Notes: generated by a model from the letters alone, not told the origin. A stretch of 64,000 bases of DNA from Candidatus Latescibacterota bacterium (GCA_965219995.1 CBDCOX010000002.1:3008001-3072000); one strand, 5' to 3'; positions 18,638 through 28,593 are shown, numbered from the stretch's first letter. Program-made: numbers and translations.

Positions 18638-20881
18638 ATGAAAATCCCGATCAAGGAAATCACGGTTGCGAACCGGTTCATCTATTATTACGCCAATTTC
18701 AAGGAACGCTTCTACGGCTACGTCCTCCGCCGGGACGGCCGCAACGTCCCGGACGAGCACTACGCGGGGCGCTTCAAGGAATCCGGGGTATCGACGCGTT
18801 CTCACCCCGGCAAAGTGTCATCCCGTCCCGGTACCCGACGCAGGTGGCGGGAACTTCGCCCTCCGCTGCCGCCGGAAGGACGGGAGTCCCTTGAGGAAAC
18901 CGAACCCGGAGAAATCGTGCTCTTTCTGTATCGCAAGCGCTTGATGCTGGGGGCGTTTTCTCATCGGGTCTGGGGAACACGGATCTGTATTGCCGCGGAG
19001 GACGGGAGGCGCCTGATTATTCGAAGAAACTCCCTGGTCTATCTTTCAGGCGTCGGCGTTACGGACAATCCCGATTTTCTGCGATCCTACGGGGCGTCGG
19101 TACGGGCGTTGGCAACACATATCGACCTCGGGGAGATCTGGAACGCGTTCAAAGACGACCAACCCGTTATTGAAATCTCTGACATCGGCGCGCTGTATTG
19201 GGGCGACGACCCCGACCCCTCACGCTGGCTTGCCCTCTTCATTCACCTGGAATCCGATTGCCCTTATTTCGTACGGACCAGACTGTACACGTATCGTCCG
19301 CTCGAAACGCATGAAGTCAAGAACCGGATCGACCTCCTTGCCGGCAAGGAGACGCTGACTCACGAACTGCAGGAATTCCTCCACTGGCTCGAAGAGGACG
19401 AGGAGGTTTACGATCCGAAGACGCTGACCGGAAGGCAGCGCAATTGGCTCGAACAGATCAGACAATACGCGCTGTGGGGGCCCGAGTCGGAAAGCGCCGG
19501 GAACGCGCGGAAGATGCTCCGCCGGATTTCCTTCGTGAAGGGTGACGTTCAGCGGCACGCGTTCGAATTGATGGTCAGGAAACGCATCTGGCGTCCGGAT
19601 GAGAACCTGGATCTCCTCCGGTCGGACCTCTCACCCGACTTTCCGTCCGATGTCCTGAAAGAGGCCGAGGCTGTCGACCTGTCGCGAATCCTGAGAGGCA
19701 GGCGAAGACTCCGCCGCGCGTTTTTCTGCCTGCAGACAGGCTCCGGGGACGATCCCGAACTCGCCTTTTCGCTCAGGCGCCGGTGGCGTGGCGGATACGA
19801 ACTCGGAATCCACGTTCCCGATATTGCCGCCTGCGTACCCGCCGGTTCCGCGCTGGACCGGTCGGCGTCGGACCGGCTGGCGACGCTCCGGCTACCCGAC
19901 CTCACGATACCCATGCTGCCGACGCGTATCGCCGACGAAGTCGGCCGGTTCGGTGTGAAGCGGCGTCGACCCGCGCTAAGCCTGTTCTGGAAGCTGGATC
20001 GAAATCTGAATTTCGGAGACATGAGGATCGTCCTCTCGTCGATCAGAATCCGAACCCGTCTTTCCGCGGATGAAGTCGAAAACATCGATGCGGGGGAACG
20101 CCATCCGCTGGCCGGCCGCCTGCGGATCCTGAGCCGCCTGACCGACTCCCTCCGTGAACAGCGTCTGCGCCGCGGCGCATTCGAAGACTTCGACCGCGCC
20201 CGGGTCGAGGCCGAAAGCGAAGAGGCTCCCATCGACAAGACGGACCCCGCCGACCTTGCATACAGAATTCACCGCGAACTGACCCTTCTTGCGGCGGCTG
20301 AAGTGGGGAAGTGGTGCGTTCGTCACGACGTACCGGCCATTTACATTGCCCAGGACGGCGTCGAAAACCGCCGCGAACTGGACGGAATCAGCCATCCGAT
20401 CGTACGCCGCCACGAAATCCGCCGCCAGTGCCCTTACCCGAAGTTCAGCGCCGAACCCGCCGCCCATTACGGCTACGGGATTCGAGCGTGCTGCGCGGCC
20501 GTCTCACCCGGCGATCGCTATCCGGACCTGATGGTCCAACGGCAGATCGTCCATCATCTGAAGATCGGGGGCCCGCTCTACACGGTCGATGAGCTCAACC
20601 TCGTCCGGTACCGGGCACAGGAAGAGCACGCGCGCCATGTCAGCCTTCGCTCCCGCCACGAACGTCGTCTTATCCTGAACCGGCTTGCGGCATCCGCGGA
20701 CCGCACGCTCTCGGCTGTCGTGCTCCATCCCCGGCGCGACGGGACGCTGGTTGAACTTACGGAATATCCTGTCAAAACCCTGGTCCAGGCGTCGAGACCT
20801 CTGAATCCGGGCGACGTCCTTCAGCTTCGGGTCAACGGCATCGACCGCTGGCGCTGTAACCCGCACTTTCTCGTATTGTAG
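18638..20881 (+). CDS. RNB (RNase II/R family) domain protein with degenerate active site
   Basis: LGIHVPD, LPDLTIPMLP, RPALS, HYGYG, SPGDRYPDLMVQRQI, C-terminal S1-like strands. Confidence 0.8.
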   Translation: MKIPIKEITVANRFIYYYANFKERFYGYVLRRDGRNVPDEHYAGRFKESGVSTRSHPGKVSSRPGTRRRWRELRPPLPPEGRESLEETEPGEIVLFLYRKRLMLGAFSHRVWGTRICIAAEDGRRLIIRRNSLVYLSGVGVTDNPDFLRSYGASVRALATHIDLGEIWNAFKDDQPVIEISDIGALYWGDDPDPSRWLALFIHLESDCPYFVRTRLYTYRPLETHEVKNRIDLLAGKETLTHELQEFLHWLEEDEEVYDPKTLTGRQRNWLEQIRQYALWGPESESAGNARKMLRRISFVKGDVQRHAFELMVRKRIWRPDENLDLLRSDLSPDFPSDVLKEAEAVDLSRILRGRRRLRRAFFCLQTGSGDDPELAFSLRRRWRGGYELGIHVPDIAACVPAGSALDRSASDRLATLRLPDLTIPMLPTRIADEVGRFGVKRRRPALSLFWKLDRNLNFGDMRIVLSSIRIRTRLSADEVENIDAGERHPLAGRLRILSRLTDSLREQRLRRGAFEDFDRARVEAESEEAPIDKTDPADLAYRIHRELTLLAAAEVGKWCVRHDVPAIYIAQDGVENRRELDGISHPIVRRHEIRRQCPYPKFSAEPAAHYGYGIRACCAAVSPGDRYPDLMVQRQIVHHLKIGGPLYTVDELNLVRYRAQEEHARHVSLRSRHERRLILNRLAASADRTLSAVVLHPRRDGTLVELTEYPVKTLVQASRPLNPGDVLQLRVNGIDRWRCNPHFLVL

Positions 20882-20920
20882 TCGGCACGGGCAGCGCGCC
20901 GCCATGGGAGAGGAAATAAA

Positions 20921-22486
20921 ATGAACGAAGACTCAGCATTGATCGCACATTGGAGACTGGACGGAGACTGCCGGGACCATGCAGGCGCCAACCACGGCGA
21001 GAGTCACGGCGTGACGTTTTCCCCTGACGGCGCCGGGTTCAACGGCCGGGGCGCCCACGTCCTGGTGCCCACCGGTCGATCGCTGGAACTCGGCGACGGG
21101 GACTTTTCCATATCGGTACACGCGCATACCGACGAAATCCTCGACGATGTGCCGGGAGACATCCTGAGCAAATACGACCCGGACACACGGACGGGCTTCA
21201 ACTTCGGGCTCGCGAACAACGCGGGCGTCACCGCGGCCCAGGCAAACTATCGCCACCTTCATTTCGGGATCGACTGCGGCCACGTCGGCGAATGGATCGA
21301 CTGCGGGCGCCCCGGCAACAACCTGCGCGTCTACTCCCTGTGCGTATATGATGGCGATCTGTACGCAGGTACGTTCGAAACCGGCGCGGACGAGTCGGGA
21401 GGCGTCTACCGGTACGACGGAGACGCGGGATGGATCGACTGCGGGCACCCCGACAGGTGCAACACCATGGCGTCGCTGTGCGTATTCAACGGAACCCTCT
21501 ACGCGGGTTCCTCCCGATACAAGGCCGGCGGGTCCGCCCTTCCGGAGTCCGAGAACCTGAACCCGGGGGGAAATATGTTCAGGTACGAGGGCGGCTCCGA
21601 GTGGACGCCCATCGGCCGCATGGAAGGCGCGGATTCCTGTGCCGGCATGGCCGTTTACCGGGGCGAACTCTATGCCATCCCCCTCTACAGCCAGGGCGTA
21701 TTCCGGTACGAAGGCGATGACATCTGGAGCCACTGCGGCACACCCGGACGGCGGATGATGTCCCTGGCGGTGTTCAACGGCGACTTATACGGGGCCGGGA
21801 ACGAAGGAGGAGGGGCCGGCGGCGTCTTCCGCTACGACGGCGGAACAGGTTGGGCGCACGCCGGCGGTCAGGAGGGCGTGACCCAGGTCTATTCCTTCGC
21901 CGCCCACAACGGAAGACTCCACGTGGGCACCTGGCCGGAGGGCAAGGTCTTCAGGGACGACGGCAACGATCCCTGGACGTGCGCCGGGCGCCTCGGCGAG
22001 GAAATGGAAGTCATGGCGATGGCCGTGTACAACGGCAAACTCTACGCCGGCACCCTGCCTCTGGGCCAGGTGTATCGTTACGACGGAGGCGACACGTGGA
22101 CCCTGACGGGCCAGCTCGACACGACTCCGGACGTCAAATACCGGCGCGTCTGGTCCATGGCCGTTTACCGGGGAAAGCTGTTCGGAGGCACCCTGCCCTC
22201 CGGCCGCGTCTACGCGCTAGAGGCCGGCGCGAACCTGAGCTACGATCACGAACTGGCGGCCGGATGGCGGCATCTCGCGGCCGTCCGGCAAGGCGGCCGC
22301 CTCCTCCTGTACGTGGACGGAGAGCAGGTCTCCAACTCGTCGACCTTCGACCCCTCGCAATTCGACCTTGCAAACGACGAGCCGTTGAAGATCGGCGCCG
22401 GCGCCGGCGACACCTTCAATGGACGGCTCAAGGACCTTCGTCTCTATGGCCGCGCGCTCAGTGCGGCGGAGATCGCGAATCTGTAA
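20921..22486 (+). CDS. LamG-like jelly-roll protein with inserted seven-repeat beta-propeller
   Basis: IAHWRLDG..D and WRHLAAVR..LYVDG..FNGRLKDLRLYGRALS flank seven (L/M)AV(Y/F)xGxLYxG-type repeats. Confidence 0.8.
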   Translation: MNEDSALIAHWRLDGDCRDHAGANHGESHGVTFSPDGAGFNGRGAHVLVPTGRSLELGDGDFSISVHAHTDEILDDVPGDILSKYDPDTRTGFNFGLANNAGVTAAQANYRHLHFGIDCGHVGEWIDCGRPGNNLRVYSLCVYDGDLYAGTFETGADESGGVYRYDGDAGWIDCGHPDRCNTMASLCVFNGTLYAGSSRYKAGGSALPESENLNPGGNMFRYEGGSEWTPIGRMEGADSCAGMAVYRGELYAIPLYSQGVFRYEGDDIWSHCGTPGRRMMSLAVFNGDLYGAGNEGGGAGGVFRYDGGTGWAHAGGQEGVTQVYSFAAHNGRLHVGTWPEGKVFRDDGNDPWTCAGRLGEEMEVMAMAVYNGKLYAGTLPLGQVYRYDGGDTWTLTGQLDTTPDVKYRRVWSMAVYRGKLFGGTLPSGRVYALEAGANLSYDHELAAGWRHLAAVRQGGRLLLYVDGEQVSNSSTFDPSQFDLANDEPLKIGAGAGDTFNGRLKDLRLYGRALSAAEIANL

Positions 22487-22582
22487 AACCCACGGTTGGA
22501 AGTTGCGGCCGGCATTCGTCCGTTCCGCCGCGGGGACAGGAGAGAAACCCGCGTACCAGCCGACACCTCCGGGAGAACCGCG

Positions 22583-23908
22583 ATGTTAAAGGCAGGCGCA
22601 TCCAGGGTCAACATTACCCCGTTTCTGGGTGGACCGATGGCGGGGTACGGGGCGCGCGACCGCGGCAGCGAGAGCATCCACGACGAACTTCACGCGAAGG
22701 CCCTGGTACTGGACGACGGAAGTACCGAAGTCGCGTTGATTACCACCGACCTCATCGGCATCGATCGGGAGTTCGCGGAAGAGGTCCGCGGCCTGGTGGA
22801 AGCGCGGGTGGGCATTCCTCCGGACCGGGTGTGGATGTGCGGTTCCCACACCCATTTCGGGCCGGCCGTCGGCTCGCGCCGGAAGGACGGGGACGATGCG
22901 GACGCTTATGACAGGTCGTACGCGGAGGTATTGGCCGCGAAACTGTCCACGGCCGTTAAAGTCGCGCACGACCGCCTTCGCCCCGCCCGGCTCGGCGCCG
23001 GCGCCGCCCGCGCCGAAGGCATCAGCTACAACCGGCGGCTCATCCGGCACGACGGCAAGGTGGAAATGAGCCTCACCCTGCCGCCGCCTTACGAGGGTCT
23101 GAAGTTCGGTCCCGTGGACCCGGAAGCGGGCCTGTTGAAAATAGAAGGCAACGACGACGGCGAGTCCATCGCATCGCTCGTCAACTTCGCCTGCCATCCC
23201 GTCTCCAGCACGGACCGTATGTATGAATTCACCGCCGATTATCCTGGTTACGCCATGGACCTGATCGAATCGGTGGAAGGCGGCATCTGTCTCTTTGCCC
23301 TCGGCTGCGCGGGCAATATCGTTCCCATCCAGCGGCGGGGCCGGTCCAAACGCCAGGTCGGCCTGTCGCTCGGCGGTTGCGCGCTGAACGCGCTCCAGTG
23401 GATACGGACGACCGACCAGATCCGCATCCGTGCCGCCAGAAAGTCGATCGAATTGCCCCTGCGCAGATTTCCGACACCCGCGCGAATGGAGCGGCAGATT
23501 GCCGAAGCGGAAGCCGCGCTCGCCAGTGCGCGCGAACGGAAAGCGCCGTCGCGTGAGATCACTGAATGCAGGGAGGCCCTGGGCCTTGCCAGAAGTCTGC
23601 CCCACTGGGCCGAACGATTCGACAGGCGGAAGACGCGTTCCACGGAAATCCAGGTGTTCTGGCTTGGCGACGTTCCGATGATCGGGCTGCCGGGCGAAGT
23701 CTTCGTCGAACTCGGACTCCGGATCAAGAAAGCCCTGGATGCCAATCCGGTCCTGGTTGTGAGTCTCAGCAACGACAGCGCCGGTTACATTCCGGTCCGG
23801 CGGGCGTACCGGGAAGGCGGCTACGAATCCAACGTATCGGCGTTCGCCCCCGGGTGCGGCGAACACCTCGTGAGGGAAGCGCTGGCCCTGGCCGAATCGA
23901 TTCGGTAG
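22583..23908 (+). CDS. Neutral/alkaline ceramidase-like hydrolase
   Basis: AGASRVNITP, HDELHAKALVL, SHTHFGP, NRR, NFACHP, ADYPG, PGE, GYIP..GGYE. Confidence 0.8.
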   Translation: MLKAGASRVNITPFLGGPMAGYGARDRGSESIHDELHAKALVLDDGSTEVALITTDLIGIDREFAEEVRGLVEARVGIPPDRVWMCGSHTHFGPAVGSRRKDGDDADAYDRSYAEVLAAKLSTAVKVAHDRLRPARLGAGAARAEGISYNRRLIRHDGKVEMSLTLPPPYEGLKFGPVDPEAGLLKIEGNDDGESIASLVNFACHPVSSTDRMYEFTADYPGYAMDLIESVEGGICLFALGCAGNIVPIQRRGRSKRQVGLSLGGCALNALQWIRTTDQIRIRAARKSIELPLRRFPTPARMERQIAEAEAALASARERKAPSREITECREALGLARSLPHWAERFDRRKTRSTEIQVFWLGDVPMIGLPGEVFVELGLRIKKALDANPVLVVSLSNDSAGYIPVRRAYREGGYESNVSAFAPGCGEHLVREALALAESIR

Positions 23909-23996
23909 CTTTTCTGTTTCATGCGAAATTTACATGGATGGACAGGATGCACAGGATAAGAACCCGGAGGCCGGATGGGATTTATCAGCCGGTTGT
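23906..23996 (+). repeat. Partial family A repeat
   Basis: TTACATGGATGGACAGGATGCACAGGATAAGAACC shortly after the upstream TAG. Confidence 0.7.
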
Positions 23997-24218
23997 TAGC
24001 CTTGATTCGTAGTTCTTCGGGAACGTTAATTCGAAATAACGCGTGTGAATAAAGGCGATTTGACGCCGGATTTCCACGATACTTCAGGTCACTGGACGTG
24101 AACGGAATAAACGTCCTTCCGGACGACCTTTTCGGTCCGTTTTGCAGCGATACCCTTTGTGCCTCTTTGTGCTTTTTGTGGCCGATTAAACGGTTGTCTT
24201 TTTTCGAATTGAGGTTAG
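23996..24218 (+). mobile_element. MITE family B with TTAG direct repeats
   Basis: TTAG-CCTTGATTCG...CGAATTGAGG-TTAG; core CTTCAGGTCACTGGACGTGAACGG shared with 41771-42035. Confidence 0.8.
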
Positions 24219-24234
24219 TGACAGGACAACGCTT

Positions 24235-25548
24235 ATGTCGATCATCACATTTCTGTTTCTCTTCGTAGTCGTCCTGATCGTAACGAGAACACGTGCGGCC
24301 GCCGCCGAAGTGTCCCTTTCGGCAGGCGCGGCCCGGACCGATATCACGCCCGACCCCGCGATGCCGAACTGGGTGGACGGCAGACCCTATGACGGCGTTC
24401 TGGATCCGTTGACGCTGCGCGGGCTCGTTCTTTCGGACGGGAAGACCGAGTTCGCCCTGATCTGCTGGGACCTCATCGACGTGACGGAGGAATGCGCCGC
24501 CAGCGTGCGCCGGGCCGTCCACGGCGCAACGGGCATCCCGGAAGCGCACGTCCTGATGGCCGCCTCGCACACCCACTCGTCGCCCCGGTCTCCATATGCC
24601 GCGTCCACGTTTCCCGGCCGCAAGAGCGAGCGTCTCCGGGGTATTCTGGACGATCCCGTATTCCGGGCATGGAGCGAACGCCTGCCGGGACAATGCGCCG
24701 ACGTCCTCAAACGGGCTCAGGGCCGCCGCCAGCCCGTCACTTTGAACATCGGACGCGCGAACGCCTCGGAATGGCTGTTCAACCGGCGCCCCCTCGATCC
24801 TGACGGCAACGTCGTTACCATGTTTCGTCCCAAAGATCCGCACACGTTGCCGGACGGCCTGCGATTCGGACCTCTGGACCCCACCCTGACCGTTCTCACC
24901 CTTCGGAACGCCGCCGGCGCGAACGTCGCCACCCTGTACAGCGTTCCCTGCCACCCCGTCTCCATCTATCCCCACCACCGCGGCGTGTCCGCGGACTGGC
25001 CCGGGCCGGCCAACGAGCGGGTCTCGGAAGTCCTGGGCGGCGAGACTTTCTTCCTGCAGGGCTGCGCGGGGGACATCGTCCCCGCAAGGCGAGGGGAAGA
25101 AGCGCGCGCGAAAATGGCCCGTTTCTTCGCGAAACGGACCATCGCGGCGGCCCGGAGTTCCCACTCCCTGCCGTCGTCGCCCCTGAGAATCGCAACCCGG
25201 GTCGCCGGCCTGCCGCTCGTATCCGACGCGCGAAAGCTGGCGGGCGCCGACGTCCGGCCGGTCGAACTCCAGGCGGTGGTGTGCGGACCCTTCGGCCTCG
25301 CCGTGATTCCCGGAGAACCCCTGAACGGGCTCGCGCGTGAGATTCAGGCTCGTTCACCCCTGCCCCACACGCTTGTCATCGGATATGCCAATGGCCGCGG
25401 GGTGAGTTACGTCGGCCTTCCCGGAGAAAAAGCCAGGGGCGGATACGAGGCAGGCGCCGGCCAGGGTACCGAAGAAGCCGGCGACTTCATCGTCCAGACG
25501 GCCGTTCGGCTTCTGCAGGAAACGGTTGACGGCACTTCAGAGGGTTAA
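24235..25548 (+). CDS. Exported ceramidase-like hydrolase (paralogue of the upstream gene)
   Basis: Hydrophobic N-terminus; AGAARTDITP, SHTHSSP, FNRR, PCHP, ADWPG, PGE, GGYE. Confidence 0.75.
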   Translation: MSIITFLFLFVVVLIVTRTRAAAAEVSLSAGAARTDITPDPAMPNWVDGRPYDGVLDPLTLRGLVLSDGKTEFALICWDLIDVTEECAASVRRAVHGATGIPEAHVLMAASHTHSSPRSPYAASTFPGRKSERLRGILDDPVFRAWSERLPGQCADVLKRAQGRRQPVTLNIGRANASEWLFNRRPLDPDGNVVTMFRPKDPHTLPDGLRFGPLDPTLTVLTLRNAAGANVATLYSVPCHPVSIYPHHRGVSADWPGPANERVSEVLGGETFFLQGCAGDIVPARRGEEARAKMARFFAKRTIAAARSSHSLPSSPLRIATRVAGLPLVSDARKLAGADVRPVELQAVVCGPFGLAVIPGEPLNGLAREIQARSPLPHTLVIGYANGRGVSYVGLPGEKARGGYEAGAGQGTEEAGDFIVQTAVRLLQETVDGTSEG

Positions 25549-26500
25549 ACGACGAACTCCCAGAGATGGCGTCGATCATCTCCATCGTCTTCACCGCGTC
25601 GTCCATACTGCAGGCCGGGAACGGAAGTGCGCCTCCATTCCCGACCCATCTCAAGAACGTGCGATCCTGCTGATAGAATCCTGGCTTGTACCGGCGATCA
25701 AAGTCATCCCCTTCGACGTTCTCAGGCTGTACATCCCTGCGTTTGATCGTTGCGGACTGCCCCGGAGCGGACGTGAAGGTTACCCCGTTGCCGCGCACTT
25801 CCACACGGTGCCCTCCCGGAGCGAACCAGTCCATAGAGGCACGCCCGACAGCCCCGCCCGCGAAGGTCAACAGCGCCGAACAGCAGTCCGGCATGGGACC
25901 TTCCACCGTGTGGTGCATCGGCTGGACGCTCGCCACGTCACCTCCGAAGAATCGCAACAGGTCCAGGGCGTGGATGCCGTTTGCTACGCTCCAGCGTTTC
26001 AGGACCTCTTCCGGAAATTTCGGGTTTACCCGGACCCGCTGGATATCTTCGTGGGCGTCAACAGTGACACTCTGAACCGGCCCGGATTCGAGGATCAGCT
26101 CCCTGCCCTTGAGAAGCGTGGAATAGAACCGGCGATTTACACCCACCATCGCCGGTGTACCCGCCGCTCGCGCCAGATCGGCCAACGCACGGGTCTGGGA
26201 CGTATAGAGGCCGGGAGGCTTTTCCAGAAAGGTCGGGATACCGGACCGAATGAAGTCTGCGGCGACCGCCGCGACCTGGAGAACACTCACGAGAACGAAG
26301 ACGGCGTCGGGCCGATCCCCTTCCAGAAGGCTCTCGTGCGAGTTCAGGCGATTCGGCACGCCGAACCGCGCTCCAGTCTCTTCCAGAACGCGGAGGTTGG
26401 TGTCCACAAGCGTCGTTACACGCCCCTCGCGAAGGTCGGTGAGTACTTCCAGGTGCCTCCGGGCGATGTTTCCCGCTCCGATGACCGCAATGTTCAGCAT
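25487..26500 (-). CDS. Gfo/Idh/MocA family oxidoreductase
   Basis: IAVIGAGNIA, LEKP, VGVNRRF, IHALD. Confidence 0.9.
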   Translation of the reverse strand: MLNIAVIGAGNIARRHLEVLTDLREGRVTTLVDTNLRVLEETGARFGVPNRLNSHESLLEGDRPDAVFVLVSVLQVAAVAADFIRSGIPTFLEKPPGLYTSQTRALADLARAAGTPAMVGVNRRFYSTLLKGRELILESGPVQSVTVDAHEDIQRVRVNPKFPEEVLKRWSVANGIHALDLLRFFGGDVASVQPMHHTVEGPMPDCCSALLTFAGGAVGRASMDWFAPGGHRVEVRGNGVTFTSAPGQSATIKRRDVQPENVEGDDFDRRYKPGFYQQDRTFLRWVGNGGALPFPACSMDDAVKTMEMIDAISGSSSFNPLKCRQPFPAEAERPSGR

Positions 26501-26566
26501 CTCGTCCCGTTTCCTGTTAGCATTGCATTCTATGATGCACTGTTTAGGTGACCACCGGTCGCTTTG

Positions 26567-26806
26567 AGGCGGTGAGAAGGGAGAGGGGAGACGGTAGATG
26601 AAGGCGGTGAGACGTAAGAGGTTAGACGGTAGATGATAACGTTACCACAGTGTTTTTCACGCTAACCGTGCTTGTTTCTCTACCGTTATCGTAACAATCA
26701 AGAAAAACCATAGGGCACTGATGTCATCTCCCGTCTACCCTCTACCCTCTCCCCGCTCTTCAGGCACTGATATCATCTCACGTCTCACGTCTTACGTCTA
26801 CCCGCT
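26567..26806. repeat. Heptamer-array bounded repeat (relative of 562-798)
   Basis: Two GAGACGG/GAGACGT...AGATGA arms and two inverted TCATCTC..CGTCT arms. Confidence 0.75.
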
Positions 26807-26831
26807 TCTGAGGGGTTGGGGGTGCGGCCGC

Positions 26832-26984
26832 TTATTCATCCTCAATTCGATGCTGGCGGTCGATGGAATCGAAGAGGGATCTGACGTCGAAGAACCCGCC
26901 GATGCCCACGACAACGGTGACCACCGCGAAGATGAGCAATCCGAGAAGGAGCACGGCCCCCCAGAAAGGAATCCAGAATGCCAT
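26832..26984 (-). CDS. 50-aa single-pass membrane protein downstream of the symporter (absent from ORF track)
   Basis: MAFWIPFWGAVLLLGLLIFAVVTVVVGIGGFFDVRSLFDSIDRQHRIEDE*; GGAGG RBS in symporter 3' end. Confidence 0.75.
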   Translation of the reverse strand: MAFWIPFWGAVLLLGLLIFAVVTVVVGIGGFFDVRSLFDSIDRQHRIEDE

Positions 26985-26987
26985 GGA

Positions 26988-28535
26988 TCAGGCCTCCTCT
27001 TCGCGGCGTGCGGTGTCGGGGAACAGGAGGGAACCGAGAACCATCAGGACCAGCGCCAGCACGGTCGCGCCGAGGCCGATGTGCGCGCCGGTGAACGCGT
27101 CCAGCCCCAGTGCCCTCTTGACGGGCGTCAGGCCGGCGACGGCGGCGGCGCCCGCGACAAGCGCGAGGTATGCGCCGGCGGTGCTGGCGCGTTTCCAGTA
27201 GATCCCCGTGAGGAGCAGGGCGAACGCGCCGGTGAAGTAGATCGCGCCGCTCACCAGCATATAGTCCCAGAGATCCTGCCCAAGCTCGTACCACAGCCCC
27301 CACACGAGCAGAAAAGCGCCGATGACAAAGATGAAGATCCGGGACAGCGTCAGTCGGGCGCGGGTGGAAAGGGTATCGCCGGTGGCGGGGGCGACCACGT
27401 CGTGGGTAAGGACCGACGACCAGCAAAGCAGATAGCTGTCGTGGGTGGACATGAAGGCCGCCAGCAGTCCCGCCCCGATGAGGCCGATAAGACCGGCGGG
27501 GAGGATCTGGCTGAGGAAGACGGGCATGGCCAGAAGGGTGAGGTCCGCATTCCCCGTGGGGCCGCCGCCCGGAGAGAAGAAAACCCCGCGGGTCACCTCG
27601 TCCTGGTAGAGATAGACAAAAGCGCAGATGCCCAGAAACTGGGGCACCATGAACCGTACCAGAAAACCGATGGAGGACCAGGCGTAGAGTTTCTTCACCA
27701 CGGACGCGCTCTCAGCGGCGCAGGCCCTCATCACGGCGGTCTGCCACACGGCGCAGGAGACGATCCCGGCGGTGAAGATCATCCAGACGACGTACGACGG
27801 ACCGAATCCTCCCCCCTCGTGAAGCGGATTGAACCCGGGCTCTCCGTGTATCGCCGCGACGGTATCGACGATTGCCGACCATCCGAGCCTGTCCACGGCG
27901 ATCCCGCAGGTGAGGATAACACCCACGGATAGCACGATAAACTGGACGTAATCGGTGATGACGACCGAAACCATGCCCCCGAGTATGGTATAGCACAGAA
28001 CCAGCAGGAGCATCACGGTCATGATCAGGGCGACGGACGTGGGATTCGTGATCCCGGTCAGGCCGGCGACGAAGATCGCGCCCGCCTTGAGGAACAGGCC
28101 CATGTTGAGGATGCCGGAAAGGGCGAGCAGCAGGCCGCCGAAGATACGGACGCCGCGGCTGAATCGTCTTTCGTAGAACTCGGGAATCGTCATCACGCCC
28201 AGCTCGCGCAGCGGGACCACGATAAATCCGGTGAGGCCGATGATCAGGGTAACGATGCCGGCGATCAGGCCGATGTGAAAGGCCGCAAACCCGCCGGTGA
28301 ATCCCTTCTGGGCGGAATACATGACGGTCACGAGCCCGAGTTCGCTGCCGATCATCGTGGCGACGGCCAGGTACGGTTTCAGCGAACGGCCGGCGACAAT
28401 ATAGTCGCTCATGTTGCGGATGTACCGGTTGGCATACAGGCCGATGGCGACGGTGCCGAGCATGTACAGGGCGACAATCGCCCAATCGACCGTGCCGAAA
28501 TTGGAACTGACGCCGGTCAGGAGATCGGATGACAT
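26988..28535 (-). CDS. Sodium:solute symporter family protein
   Basis: DYIVAGRSL, TIPEFYERRF, GGMVSVVITDYVQF, AAFMST; many TM segments. Confidence 0.9.
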   Translation of the reverse strand: MSSDLLTGVSSNFGTVDWAIVALYMLGTVAIGLYANRYIRNMSDYIVAGRSLKPYLAVATMIGSELGLVTVMYSAQKGFTGGFAAFHIGLIAGIVTLIIGLTGFIVVPLRELGVMTIPEFYERRFSRGVRIFGGLLLALSGILNMGLFLKAGAIFVAGLTGITNPTSVALIMTVMLLLVLCYTILGGMVSVVITDYVQFIVLSVGVILTCGIAVDRLGWSAIVDTVAAIHGEPGFNPLHEGGGFGPSYVVWMIFTAGIVSCAVWQTAVMRACAAESASVVKKLYAWSSIGFLVRFMVPQFLGICAFVYLYQDEVTRGVFFSPGGGPTGNADLTLLAMPVFLSQILPAGLIGLIGAGLLAAFMSTHDSYLLCWSSVLTHDVVAPATGDTLSTRARLTLSRIFIFVIGAFLLVWGLWYELGQDLWDYMLVSGAIYFTGAFALLLTGIYWKRASTAGAYLALVAGAAAVAGLTPVKRALGLDAFTGAHIGLGATVLALVLMVLGSLLFPDTARREEEA

Positions 28536-28593
28536 AAGCAATACTCAGGGGTAGCCGGAAGAGTACACCGCCCTGGGGCGCTCTTCTTACACC

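Noticed and set aside
25487-25548. 62-bp convergent 3' overlap, equal in length to the one at 63409-63470
   Set aside because: No shared sequence; most simply stop-codon drift in GC-rich DNA.
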